Of a stretch of 64,000 bases of DNA, positions 52,365-62,075 are shown piece after piece. The stretch is taken from NCBI GenBank assembly GCA_937998645.1, contig CALLCZ010000037.1, forward strand, positions 19,287 to 83,286, given 5' to 3'. Source of the DNA: an uncultured Gammaproteobacteria bacterium (lineage in GTDB: Bacteria; Pseudomonadota; Gammaproteobacteria; SZUA-229). Below the pieces are notes generated by a model that saw nothing but the letters and a program-made list of their open reading frames with translations, was not told the DNA's origin and searched no databases. The position numbers and the translations under genes are program-made. Numbering within the stretch: position 1 is the first letter of the stretch; each line of letters begins with the position of its first letter.

Positions 52365-53075
52365 ATGAAAATAGCTGCAGAACAAATCGATGTAAATTGT
52401 CCTGAACCTGAAATATACAATCGTCTCCTGTCGCTGGATGGTAAACACATCCTGGAGTTAGGTTGTGGCAGTGCTGAAATTACCCGCAACATAGCGACAA
52501 GCGGTGTTGATCGCAAGATTACTGCCCTGGAAGTTGACGAGATTGCTCATGAAAAAAACCTGCAGATTACGGATCTTCCAAATGTAACATTTGGTCTTTC
52601 CGGTGCACAGGATATTCCGCTGGAAGATGAATCGGTCGACGTGGTCTTCATGTTTAAATCACTGCACCATGTACCACTTGAACTGATGGAACCGTCAATG
52701 CACGAAATCAGGCGTGTATTGAAACCGGGCGGACTGCTCTATATATCCGAGCCAATATTTGCCGGTGAATTTAATGAAATCCTGCGTTTATTCCATGACG
52801 AGCAAAAAGTTCGTGAAGCAGCATTTAACACTATAAAAAAAGCAGTCGATGAGGGCCTGTTTAGCCTGGCGGAAGAAACATTTTTTAACTCGCCAATGAA
52901 ATTTGAAGATTTTGTCGAGTTCGAAAACAACACAATCAAAGCCACACATAGCAATCACTCACTGGATGAGGAACTATATAAACTGGTCAAGCAACGTTTT
53001 GAGCAGCACATCGGTGATGATGGTGCACATTTCCTGATGCCTATCCGTGTCGATTTACTGCAGAAAGATAAATAG
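52365..53075 (+). CDS. class I SAM-dependent methyltransferase
   Basis: ILELGCGSAE motif I and DVVFMF motif. Confidence 0.8.
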   Translation: MKIAAEQIDVNCPEPEIYNRLLSLDGKHILELGCGSAEITRNIATSGVDRKITALEVDEIAHEKNLQITDLPNVTFGLSGAQDIPLEDESVDVVFMFKSLHHVPLELMEPSMHEIRRVLKPGGLLYISEPIFAGEFNEILRLFHDEQKVREAAFNTIKKAVDEGLFSLAEETFFNSPMKFEDFVEFENNTIKATHSNHSLDEELYKLVKQRFEQHIGDDGAHFLMPIRVDLLQKDK

Positions 53076-53160
53076 CAATGACAGGCGGCAGGCCCCGCTT
53101 CATATTCGAACTGAATCATATTGAATTAATTAAAGGGGGCTGATCCCGAATAATTATTAA

Positions 53161-53206
53161 CATCCTGATTTCTCGCAGAGGCGCTGAGAACGCAGAGCTG
53201 TGATGT
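53161..53206 (-). repeat. REP-like 42-bp element, copy 3 (inverted orientation)
   Basis: Reverse complement acatcacagctctgcgttctcagcgcctctgcgagaaatcaggatg matches copy 2. Confidence 0.7.
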
Positions 53207-53256
53207 CTTTGTTACAAATAATAATATGTAGTGGTCCAGACCTGATCTGACAGTTT

Positions 53257-53515
53257 CTGTCAGATTTCGCATGATCTAAACCGGACGGGTTTAGTGGTTT
53301 GTAGTATATTCTCTCGCAAAGGCGCCAAGATCGCCAAGAACTTCATTGTTTTTTTGTGTTTAGCCCTAACGCTTTTGCGTACTTTGTGCCCCGGCGAGAT
53401 CTAATGATTATTTCTCTCGCAGAGGCGCAGAGTCCGCAGAGAATTTCAATGTTTTGTTCTTACCCCAAACACCTTTGCGTGCTTTGCGCCTTGGCGAGAG
53501 TAAATATCGATGGAT
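53257..53515. repeat. 259-bp right copy of the direct-repeat block (two 100-bp units)
   Basis: Collinear with 50753-51110 minus one tandem unit. Confidence 0.85.
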
Positions 53516-53869
53516 TCTTCTATATCGCTAATTCTGGCTTTACTGACAAAAGATCATAGTCCGGGTTTGAGTTAATGCGACACTGACTGTCAGATTGAAT
53601 CCTGACTATTACAAATAATAATATCTTATTTTAATCTTTCTTTGCGGCCTCTGCGCCTCTGCGAGAGTATATTTCTTTAGCCTTTTCGATCTAGACAACC
53701 CCGGCTGTAATGGTAAAAAACATAGTCGGCGTTTGATTTAATATGACGCGCGTTGTCAGTTTGAATTCTGACTATTACAAATTAGTATTATCTGCTTTCA
53801 TCTGTGGACATTCTTAATGCCCATTCAGGATTATCTCGGTGAGTTAAAGGAGATGATCCCTTTATCGGT

Positions 53870-54175
53870 TTATTTGTCGGGTTGTCTGAAATCTTCGCCT
53901 GGTTCAGACCAGTCATCAGGCGTGGTATCAGTTACACCGGTGCCCAGATCGTCCTGCTCTGTAATATCGAGGGCGCCTGTCCAGCTTTCTGGCGCCTCAC
54001 TCAACTCAATATCGAGATCACGCCATTCATCCAGGCTGAACTCTTCAATATCACTATCAAAATGCTGTATATCTACAGTATTTTCTTCTTCGTTAACGGC
54101 TGTAACGTAAAAACGCTGGCCTTTATCAAGATGGGCATACCATTGGTCAACTTGCGGATCGAGTTCATTTGGCAT
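53870..54175 (-). CDS. highly acidic hypothetical protein (101 aa), co-transcribed downstream of PPK2
   Basis: GGAGG RBS 9 nt before the ATG at 54175; 26-bp gap after the PPK2 stop. Confidence 0.55.
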   Translation of the reverse strand: MPNELDPQVDQWYAHLDKGQRFYVTAVNEEENTVDIQHFDSDIEEFSLDEWRDLDIELSEAPESWTGALDITEQDDLGTGVTDTTPDDWSEPGEDFRQPDK

Positions 54176-54201
54176 TGTTTTATTCCTCCGCTTACAGCTC
54201 T

Positions 54202-55113
54202 TCAGCCGGTGAACTTGCCGCTTCGCACCCGCTCGACTTCCATCATTTCGAGTTCGCGAGAACCCGATACGATGATGTTTTCATCGAGAGCGAAGTCCAG
54301 TGACAGGTCATGACGCTCACAGGGTACCGCGTTCAGGATCGCCTTGATGGCATTCAGCCTGGCCAGGTGCTTGTCGTTGGAACGTACCACCGTCCATGGT
54401 GCGTCGATCGTATGGGTGCGTTTCAGCATTTCATATTTCACGTTGGTGAAATCATCCCAGCGGTCCTGCGCCTGCAGGTCTACCTCGCTGAGTTTCCACT
54501 GCCTCAGCGGGTCTGTTTTGCGACGCTCGAAACGGCGTGCCTGCTCCTCTTTGGTGACGCTGAAATAGAGCTTCACCAGGATGGTGTCCTGTCGGACCAG
54601 GTCGCGCTCGAAACCGACGACGCCGCGCATGAAATCGTAGTATTCCTTTTCGCTGCAGTAATTAAACACGCGCTCGACCATGGCACGGTTGTACCAGCTG
54701 CGGTCGAACAGCACGGTCTCGCCGGCGCGCGGAAACTGTGACACGTACTTCTGGTAGTACCACTGGGTTTTCTGTTCTTCGGTCGGCTTGCCGAGTGCCA
54801 CTACGCGGTAGTGTTTCTCGTTCATGTAGCGGGTGACCCGGCGAATGGTACCGCCTTTGCCCGCTGCATCGCGGCCCTCGAACAGGATGATCATGCGCCG
54901 CTGTTTCTCTTCGAGGTACTGCTGGAGCTTCAACAACTCGGCCTGGAACGGCTTCAGTTCCTCTTCGCGCCGGTAGCGTCTGATAGCCTTTTTGTTTTGT
55001 GACCTGAGGGCGGCATTCTGGTTTGCGAGCTCTTCGTGTTCCTCTACATAATCCTTAAGACTCAGCGTTTTACCGTCCACCTCGATCTGTTCGGGGTTCA
55101 TTTCTTGGGCCAC
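54202..55113 (-). CDS. polyphosphate kinase 2 (PPK2) family polyP:nucleotide phosphotransferase
   Basis: ILFEGRDAAGKGGTI Walker A and PPK2 lid region. Confidence 0.9.
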   Translation of the reverse strand: MAQEMNPEQIEVDGKTLSLKDYVEEHEELANQNAALRSQNKKAIRRYRREEELKPFQAELLKLQQYLEEKQRRMIILFEGRDAAGKGGTIRRVTRYMNEKHYRVVALGKPTEEQKTQWYYQKYVSQFPRAGETVLFDRSWYNRAMVERVFNYCSEKEYYDFMRGVVGFERDLVRQDTILVKLYFSVTKEEQARRFERRKTDPLRQWKLSEVDLQAQDRWDDFTNVKYEMLKRTHTIDAPWTVVRSNDKHLARLNAIKAILNAVPCERHDLSLDFALDENIIVSGSRELEMMEVERVRSGKFTG

Positions 55114-55446
55114 AGTTATCTACTCCTGAAATCAGTTCAGTTAATGGTTCAATGTCACCGGGCAAGGCATAAGCCTTGTCGACAGACCGGTAGCAAAGTA
55201 CAAACTTAGCGCATATCAGGCCCTTAAGTATTGATCCTGCTCAAAAAAAGGCGGTAACTCCGCGATGAGAGGAGCTTTGGCGGTAATCAATACAGGCTAA
55301 AAAAAAGTAATCATGGACCGGCATAGATCATCCTGAAACAGACCACGCGCGAGGGAATGACACCGAAATTGCTGCACCCTGGAATCCGGAAGATCAAGGA
55401 TGCATGGATGGCGCAGGTATCACAGCCTCAATATACACATATTTAC

Positions 55447-55490
55447 TCTGCGTTCTCTGCGCCTCGGCGAGAAAAAAACAGGAGATGATT
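55447..55490 (+). repeat. REP-like 42-bp element, copy 4
   Basis: ctctgcgttctctgcgcctcggcgagaaaaaaacaggagatgatt. Confidence 0.65.
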
Positions 55491-55524
55491 CTTCCATGTT
55501 AGCCATAGAATCTCCCGTCTGTTG

Positions 55525-56538
55525 CTATACCTTCTTCAGAAGTTCACGCCATCCCCTGGTTTCGTTTTCGAGTGTAAACAGCGGTTGTCTGGCAATACAG
55601 GCTTTTTCCAGCTTTTTGTAACAGGCAGTATCAGATTCCGCTTTCAATAACAGTGTTGACAGGGCCTGCTCATTCTCCGCTGCATAATAACCGGCATAGT
55701 CGTCACCAAGAAGTCCTATTGAGCCTTCTATATCGGAAGCAATCACCGGTACACCAGCGACAATGGCTTCCGAGATCACATTGGCGCCGCCTTCCATGCG
55801 GGACGGCAATACCAGCAGACGGGTGCGTCGGTAAACCTGCCTGATTTTATGGTGCGCTATTTCGCCATGCCATTGATAGCGCGTGTTTGAATTCATTTCA
55901 GCCTGTGCCTGTTTTGCATATTCCGGCGTATGCGCCTTGCCATAGTGGTGTACCTGTATGCGACTGCTGGCAGGAAGATTACGTACTGCCATGGCAGGAC
56001 GCATCGGGTCTTTTTCATCGCGCAAATGGCCCATGACCGAGACATGAAAATAACGCCTGTAGGGTTCGCGTTTGCCAATCGGCTGGGCTGACTGGTAAAT
56101 TACAGACAGCTTGTGACGTTCATTTTGCGGTAGCGTATTCCCGATCAGATCATGCAGGCCGACCAGGTAGTCTGCCAGCCTGATGGATTGCAGGGTGGTT
56201 TCAGGATGACTGTGAATAAAGCGATAGGCGTCTGTTCCGGTAATAGCCACGATAAGCGGGCGTTCGTGAAAAGCATCGGAGAATTGCTGTATCGATTCCG
56301 CACTGCGCCAGGCGTGCAGGGCGATCATCAGATCCGCATTCTGGCCGGTATATGTCGTAGCAATCGCAACCCGGTGCCCCAGTGATCTTAATATATTCGC
56401 CCATCGAGTGGCCGTTGCCCGGTTACCGGCTCTTGACTGGGGTGGTGCTGGTGTAATCAGTATAATGCGCATCGTCGGGTAGGTAATATCAGGGTTATTG
56501 TTAGTGTTACTGTAGCCAGGCTTGAAAGGCGCAAACAT
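55525..56538 (-). CDS. GT4-like glycosyltransferase, candidate selenosugar synthase (SenB-like)
   Basis: GT-B fold C-terminal EGGANVISEAIVAGVPVIASDIEGSIGLL motif. Divergent from the EgtB-like/SelD pair. Confidence 0.7.
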   Translation of the reverse strand: MFAPFKPGYSNTNNNPDITYPTMRIILITPAPPQSRAGNRATATRWANILRSLGHRVAIATTYTGQNADLMIALHAWRSAESIQQFSDAFHERPLIVAITGTDAYRFIHSHPETTLQSIRLADYLVGLHDLIGNTLPQNERHKLSVIYQSAQPIGKREPYRRYFHVSVMGHLRDEKDPMRPAMAVRNLPASSRIQVHHYGKAHTPEYAKQAQAEMNSNTRYQWHGEIAHHKIRQVYRRTRLLVLPSRMEGGANVISEAIVAGVPVIASDIEGSIGLLGDDYAGYYAAENEQALSTLLLKAESDTACYKKLEKACIARQPLFTLENETRGWRELLKKV

Positions 56539-56655
56539 AACACCGCCATTGCGGGTGAAGATGTTGCAGTCTTATACTATGACCCATACAAATCAAGATG
56601 GTCTTATATACTGATTTGCCTGTCCTGACTGAATGCCCGCATCTGACAAAAACGA

Positions 56656-57957
56656 ATGAGCATGCACAAACTTAATCCAGATACCATTGCAATTCAACTT
56701 GAGGATGCGCATCAAAGAACGATGGCATTGATTGATGGTCTCTCCCGGGCGCAATTGACGGGACCATTGTTAGCAACCGTCAATCCCTTACTCTGGGAAA
56801 TCGGCCATGCCGCTTACTTTTACGAATACTGGGTACTGCGCCACCATCTGAACAGGTCAGCGATTCGCGAAGATGCTGACCGACTGTATGACTCGATCAG
56901 CATTGCGCATGATGAACGTTGGGACTTGCCCCTGCCTGAGCTGCAACAGACCCTGGCTTATATCCAGGCCGTCGAGGACAGGGTTAAAGACTGCCTGGCC
57001 ACTGGCGATGACGCACAAAGAGACTACCTCGCCCAATACGCCGTGTTCCATCATGATATGCATAATGAAGCGTACACCTATACGCGCCAGACACTGAATT
57101 ACCCCGAACCCGGTATCGGCAAAGCCGGGCACAGTATTCTGGATGCCGGCGACCTGAGAGGGGATGCCAGTATTCCTGGCGGCACGTTTATGCTCGGCGC
57201 CACACCTCAGGATGGCTTTGTATTTGATAATGAAAAATGGGCACATAGCATCGAGGTCGAACCGTTTAGCATCGCAAGGGCGGCCGTCAGTAATGGCGAA
57301 TATTTGAAATTTGTGCAGGCTGATGCATACAGCAAACAGGAATACTGGGACGATGAAGGCTGGCAATGGCTCAGGCAGGCGGGTCTTGAACACCCCGTTT
57401 ACTGGCGCCAGGATGCAGATGGCTGGAAACTCAGGCAATTCGATCAGTGGCGATCATTGCCAATGAATGCGGCCCTGATACATGTCAGCTGGCATGAAGC
57501 CCGCGCCTACTGCCGCTGGGCCGGCAGGCGACTGCCCACCGAGGCTGAATGGGAAGTTGCAGCAGCCGCTGAACCTTCGGCCGATGGACAATCGCTGGCT
57601 GCCGGCAAGCGTCAGTTTCCATGGGGAGATGAAGCACCACGCCCGGACCAGGCAAACCTCGATGGTTTTGCACTGGGCACCATTGATGTTGGTGCACATG
57701 CCGCAGGTGACAGTGCTTTTGGCTGCCGTCAAATGATCGGTAATGTCTGGGAATGGACGCAGGATACCTTTGCGCCTTATCCCGGTTTTGACCCGGATAT
57801 GTACCAGGATTATTCTCAGCCGTTATTCGGTATCACAAAAGTATTGCGTGGTGGTGCATGGACCACGCGTGCGCGTATGATTCGTAATACCTGGCGAACT
57901 TACTACGGCCCCGATCGCAATGATGTCTTTGCCGGTTTTCGCACCTGCGCCCTTTGA
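56656..57957 (+). CDS. EgtB-like sulfoxide/selenoxide synthase (DinB_2 + FGE-sulfatase domains), candidate selenoneine synthase SenA
   Basis: DinB-like HxxxH region (AVFHHDMHNEAYTY) and C-terminal FGE-type VLRGGAWTT...FRT. Confidence 0.75.
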   Translation: MSMHKLNPDTIAIQLEDAHQRTMALIDGLSRAQLTGPLLATVNPLLWEIGHAAYFYEYWVLRHHLNRSAIREDADRLYDSISIAHDERWDLPLPELQQTLAYIQAVEDRVKDCLATGDDAQRDYLAQYAVFHHDMHNEAYTYTRQTLNYPEPGIGKAGHSILDAGDLRGDASIPGGTFMLGATPQDGFVFDNEKWAHSIEVEPFSIARAAVSNGEYLKFVQADAYSKQEYWDDEGWQWLRQAGLEHPVYWRQDADGWKLRQFDQWRSLPMNAALIHVSWHEARAYCRWAGRRLPTEAEWEVAAAAEPSADGQSLAAGKRQFPWGDEAPRPDQANLDGFALGTIDVGAHAAGDSAFGCRQMIGNVWEWTQDTFAPYPGFDPDMYQDYSQPLFGITKVLRGGAWTTRARMIRNTWRTYYGPDRNDVFAGFRTCAL

Positions 57958-57976
57958 AGACGCCCCGATTTTAATT

Positions 57977-60238
57977 ATGCAAAAAAACAATGCCCCTGTC
58001 GTAAAAGACCTCGTACTCATTGGTGGCGGTCACGCGCATGTTTCGGTTTTGAAAAGATTCGCTATGAAGCCGCTAGCTGGCCTGCGCATTACCCTGATAA
58101 CGCGTGATATTCATACGCCTTATTCGGGTATGTTGCCCGGTTACGTAGCCGGACATTATGACTACGATGACTGTCATATCGATCTTGGGCCGCTGGCTCA
58201 ATTTGCCGGTGCGCGTCTTTATCATGCCGAGGTCAGCGGAATAGACCTCGATAAAAAGCGGGTTTATGCACCGGGACGTCCTGCCATTAACTATGACATT
58301 GTTTCGATAAACACTGGATCCCGGCCCAACAGCATCGATATACCCGGTGTTGATGAATACGCCCTTGCCGCGAAACCCATCGATGTTTTTCTGCGCAAAT
58401 GGCAGCAGCTGATTGAGCGCGTGCAAGACAGCGAGGGTCCGTTTCGCATCGTCGTCGTCGGCGGAGGTGCTGGCGGTGTCGAACTGGCCTTGTCCACACA
58501 GCTTCGCTTACAGGATAGCCTGCGCGCAGCAGGACAGGATCCCGGACGACTGCACTATACGCTGATCACGGCCAGCGATTACATCATGCATATGCATAAC
58601 GCCGGGGTCAGAAAACGTTTCGAGCGTATCTTTGCCAATCGCAATATTGGGATTAAAACCGGCGTGAGGGTGATTGAAGTCACAGAGAACAGCTTACGTG
58701 TGGCTGATGGCAGCTCAATCGAGAGTGACGCGGTTATCTGGGTGACCACGGCATCTTCACCAGGCTGGCCTGCACAATCGGGGCTTGCAGTAGATGAGGA
58801 TGGCTTTATCCAGGTCGACAGGCATTTACAGTCGTTATCACATGAACATGTTTTTGCGGTGGGCGATGCGGCCGCGTTAAGCGACCCGCGTCCCAAGTCA
58901 GGGGTGTTCGCCGTGCGCCAGGGACCGGTGCTCGCGCATAACCTGAGAGCAGCTGCGACGGCCAAAGCCTTGCGCCCTTATCGCGCCCAGAAGAACTTCC
59001 TCGGCCTGATCAGCACCGGTGATAAGTATGCCGTCGCATCGCGCGGCAACTGGTCGCATGAGTCAGCCTGGTTGTGGACCATGAAAGACTGGATCGACAG
59101 AAAATTCATGCGCAACTTTAATGAATTACCCGACATGGAACAGGAAGATAACCCGGCCCTGGCAGCAGGCATTGCCGATGCGGACGCAATCAGGGAATTA
59201 TCCACCCTGGCCATGCGCTGTGGTGGATGTGGCGCCAAGGTAGGCGCTACGGTGTTATCCCGTGTCATGCAACGCCTGCCTGATACGCAACGCGATGATG
59301 TGCTGATCGGCCGTGACGCACCCGATGACTGTGCGATGTTGAGCGTTCCAGACGGCAAGCTCATGGTTCAGAGTGTCGATTATTTTCGTGCCTTCATTGA
59401 AGACACCTATACCTTCGGTGCTATTGCAGCCAATCATGCCCTGGGCGATATCTTTGCTATGGGGGCAGAGCCACAATCCGTGCTGGCGATTGCAACCGTC
59501 CCCTACGGACGCGAACGCGTTGTTGAAGAGACATTATACGAACTGCTAGCCGGGGCTTTGTATATGCTTGAGCCAACCGGCGCAGTGCTTGCAGGCGGCC
59601 ACTCCAGTGAAGGTGCAGAACTGGCCTTTGGATTAAACGTAAATGGCCTGATCGATCCGGACAAGGTCTGGCGTAAACAGGGACTTCAGCCCGGTGACGC
59701 CATTGTGTTGACCAAGCCCGTCGGCACCGGCACATTGTTTGCCGCACAGATGCGCACCAAAGCCAAAGGCCGCTGGATAGATGCCGCAATCCAGTCGATG
59801 CTGGTATCCAGCCAGCAGGCCGCAGTGTGTTTGCAACGCCACGGTGCGACGGCATGTACCGACCTTACCGGTTTCGGTATCGTCGGCCACCTGGTTGAAA
59901 TGACCAGGGCATCTGAGGTTGATGCGGTTTTAAACATGGAAGCGATACCCTTGCTGGATGGCGCTCTGGAAACCGTCAGGGCCGGTATCCTGTCATCGCT
60001 GCAACCTCAAAATCTGCGCTTGCGTCGTGCCATCCACGATGTTGAACAGGCTTCGAAACATCCGGCCTTCCCATTGTTATTCGACCCGCAAACCGCCGGA
60101 GGCCTGCTGGCGGGTGTACCTGATCAACACGCTGGCGCCTGCATCGATGAATTACATGCAATGGGATATTCCGATGCCGTCATCATCGGCCAGATAGAGC
60201 CATTATCGAATCAGCAGGCGCCGATTAGAATTAATTAA
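57977..60238 (+). CDS. selD: fusion protein: pyridine-nucleotide-disulfide oxidoreductase (N) :: selenide,water dikinase SelD (C); candidate SenC
   Basis: N-terminal LIGGGHAHV and VVVGGGAGGVE dinucleotide folds. C-terminal RCGGCGAKV aligns with the E. coli SHGAGCGCK motif, with the Cys17 equivalent kept and the Cys19 equivalent replaced by Ala. Also DDCAMLSVPDGKLMVQSVDYFRAFIEDTYTFGAIAANHALGDIFAMGAEP. Alternative start 57920 overlaps the senA-like gene. Confidence 0.85.
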   Translation: MQKNNAPVVKDLVLIGGGHAHVSVLKRFAMKPLAGLRITLITRDIHTPYSGMLPGYVAGHYDYDDCHIDLGPLAQFAGARLYHAEVSGIDLDKKRVYAPGRPAINYDIVSINTGSRPNSIDIPGVDEYALAAKPIDVFLRKWQQLIERVQDSEGPFRIVVVGGGAGGVELALSTQLRLQDSLRAAGQDPGRLHYTLITASDYIMHMHNAGVRKRFERIFANRNIGIKTGVRVIEVTENSLRVADGSSIESDAVIWVTTASSPGWPAQSGLAVDEDGFIQVDRHLQSLSHEHVFAVGDAAALSDPRPKSGVFAVRQGPVLAHNLRAAATAKALRPYRAQKNFLGLISTGDKYAVASRGNWSHESAWLWTMKDWIDRKFMRNFNELPDMEQEDNPALAAGIADADAIRELSTLAMRCGGCGAKVGATVLSRVMQRLPDTQRDDVLIGRDAPDDCAMLSVPDGKLMVQSVDYFRAFIEDTYTFGAIAANHALGDIFAMGAEPQSVLAIATVPYGRERVVEETLYELLAGALYMLEPTGAVLAGGHSSEGAELAFGLNVNGLIDPDKVWRKQGLQPGDAIVLTKPVGTGTLFAAQMRTKAKGRWIDAAIQSMLVSSQQAAVCLQRHGATACTDLTGFGIVGHLVEMTRASEVDAVLNMEAIPLLDGALETVRAGILSSLQPQNLRLRRAIHDVEQASKHPAFPLLFDPQTAGGLLAGVPDQHAGACIDELHAMGYSDAVIIGQIEPLSNQQAPIRIN

Positions 60239-60451
60239 TGGACGGGGAATGCGCGTGACCCCACTTCAAGGGTTTTTCAGGCCCGATCAAAACAGTTTTA
60301 ATGAACGAATAGACATACCAGTAGAAACTAGCCCTGTCAGCAAGACCTTTTTCTGATGAATCCCCCACTTATAGTGGGTTGGTCAATGCAACAGCAGTGT
60401 GCACAATAACAGCCAGTATTTCTCACCACTCATCGCTGCGGTCCTTTTCAG

Positions 60452-61927
60452 TTGAAATCCAATCCCTTTACAAACAGTTATTTCGGTCTTGGTCGTGGTT
60501 TTTACCAGTCGATCAAACCAACGCCTGTTCAGAATCCTGAACTGATTATTTCTAACCGGGTACTGAGCGATGAACTCGGGCTTGCGGACACGGCTTTGAG
60601 TTCATCAGCGGGCGCAGCAGTATTTGCCGGCAACCATGTACCCGAGGGTGCACAGCCGCTGGCGATGGCTTATTCCGGGCATCAGTTCGGGCATTTCAAC
60701 CCTGACCTGGGCGATGGCCGCGCGCTGCTGCTTGGCCAGATACATAACCCGGACGGACTCTCTTTCGATATTCATATGAAGGGAACGGGGCAGACGGCTT
60801 TTTCACGCAACGGTGATGGCCGTGCTGCGCTGGGGCCGGTTCTGCGCGAATACCTGGTGAGTGAAGCCATGGCCAGGCTGGGGGTGCCAACAACGCGCGC
60901 ACTGGCGGCAGTAACGACGGGGGAGGAGGTTGCAAGGGAGCAGCTGTTGCCGGGGGGAATCATCACGCGTGTTGCTGCCAGTTTTGTTCGAATCGGAACG
61001 TTCGAGTATTTTCTCGCCAGGGGGGACACGGCGGCCCTTACCCGACTGGCTGACTATGTGATCGAAAATCAATATCCGCACCTCAAGCAGGTCGAAAACC
61101 CGTATCCAGCATTGCTGGATGCCGTCATCGAGGGGCAGGCGTCATTGATTGCACACTGGATGCAGCTTGGCTTCATTCATGGCGTGATGAACACAGACAA
61201 CATGTCGATTGCATGCGAAACCATCGACTATGGCCCCTGCGCATTCATGGATCATTATGCACATGACAGGGTGTATAGCTCGATTGACCATCATGGGCGT
61301 TATGCCTATAACAATCAGCCAAATATCGGCTTGTGGAACCTCTCCCGCTTTGCCGAGTGCCTGTTGCATTTGATCGATGCGGATACCGGTACTGCTGTTG
61401 AAATGGCCAGGGATCGCCTTGAAGGCTTTATCAGCTCCTACCAGGGCCACTGGTTAACGGGGATGCGCGCCAAGCTCGGGCTCAAGTCCGGACTTGAGCA
61501 GGACAGGGCGCTGGTTGAAGAGTTGTTTGCCATCATGGCCAGCAGCAATGCTGATTTCACACTGACGTTTTTTCGACTGTCAATGCTCGACATGGATGCA
61601 TCAAAAGACGATGCCATTCTGGCTATGTTCGATCATGCGGCATCGTTAACCCAATGGCTCGATAAATGGCGCCAGCGGTTACGCCAGGAAGACAGTGACA
61701 GTGACGAAAGAAAAGCCAGGATGCGTGCAGTCAACCCTGTTTATATACCCAGGAACCATTTGATTGAAGCGGCCATACGGGCAGCAGAAGACCATGGCGA
61801 TTTTTCCGTGTTTCATGCATTACATGAAGTCCTGCAACAGCCCTATGATTTGCAGCCCGGCAAGGAAGCCTGGATGCAACCACCGCAACCGGATGAGGTC
61901 GTGCATAAAACATTTTGCGGGACGTAA
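60452..61927 (+). CDS. selO: protein adenylyltransferase SelO (YdiU/UPF0061)
   Basis: GHQFGHFNPDLGDGRALLLGQ and MNTDNMSI motifs. C-terminal ...KTFCGT (Cys form). TTG start per the track. Confidence 0.9.
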   Translation: MKSNPFTNSYFGLGRGFYQSIKPTPVQNPELIISNRVLSDELGLADTALSSSAGAAVFAGNHVPEGAQPLAMAYSGHQFGHFNPDLGDGRALLLGQIHNPDGLSFDIHMKGTGQTAFSRNGDGRAALGPVLREYLVSEAMARLGVPTTRALAAVTTGEEVAREQLLPGGIITRVAASFVRIGTFEYFLARGDTAALTRLADYVIENQYPHLKQVENPYPALLDAVIEGQASLIAHWMQLGFIHGVMNTDNMSIACETIDYGPCAFMDHYAHDRVYSSIDHHGRYAYNNQPNIGLWNLSRFAECLLHLIDADTGTAVEMARDRLEGFISSYQGHWLTGMRAKLGLKSGLEQDRALVEELFAIMASSNADFTLTFFRLSMLDMDASKDDAILAMFDHAASLTQWLDKWRQRLRQEDSDSDERKARMRAVNPVYIPRNHLIEAAIRAAEDHGDFSVFHALHEVLQQPYDLQPGKEAWMQPPQPDEVVHKTFCGT

Positions 61928-62075
61928 AACGAGGGTAGAGGGACGAGTGGCAAAGGGCGATAAAGAGCTCAGTATTTAGCTTTTAGTCGAGTGCAATGTG
62001 ATCCCGGGCTGATAGATAATAAGCATCTATGTCAGCCTGAAAGCTTTCCGGCTTCGTTAGGCTGCCCCCGGACCA

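Noticed and set aside
53817-54110. 97-aa + strand ORF
   Set aside because: Antisense to the acidic-protein gene, which has a strong RBS and is coupled to PPK2.
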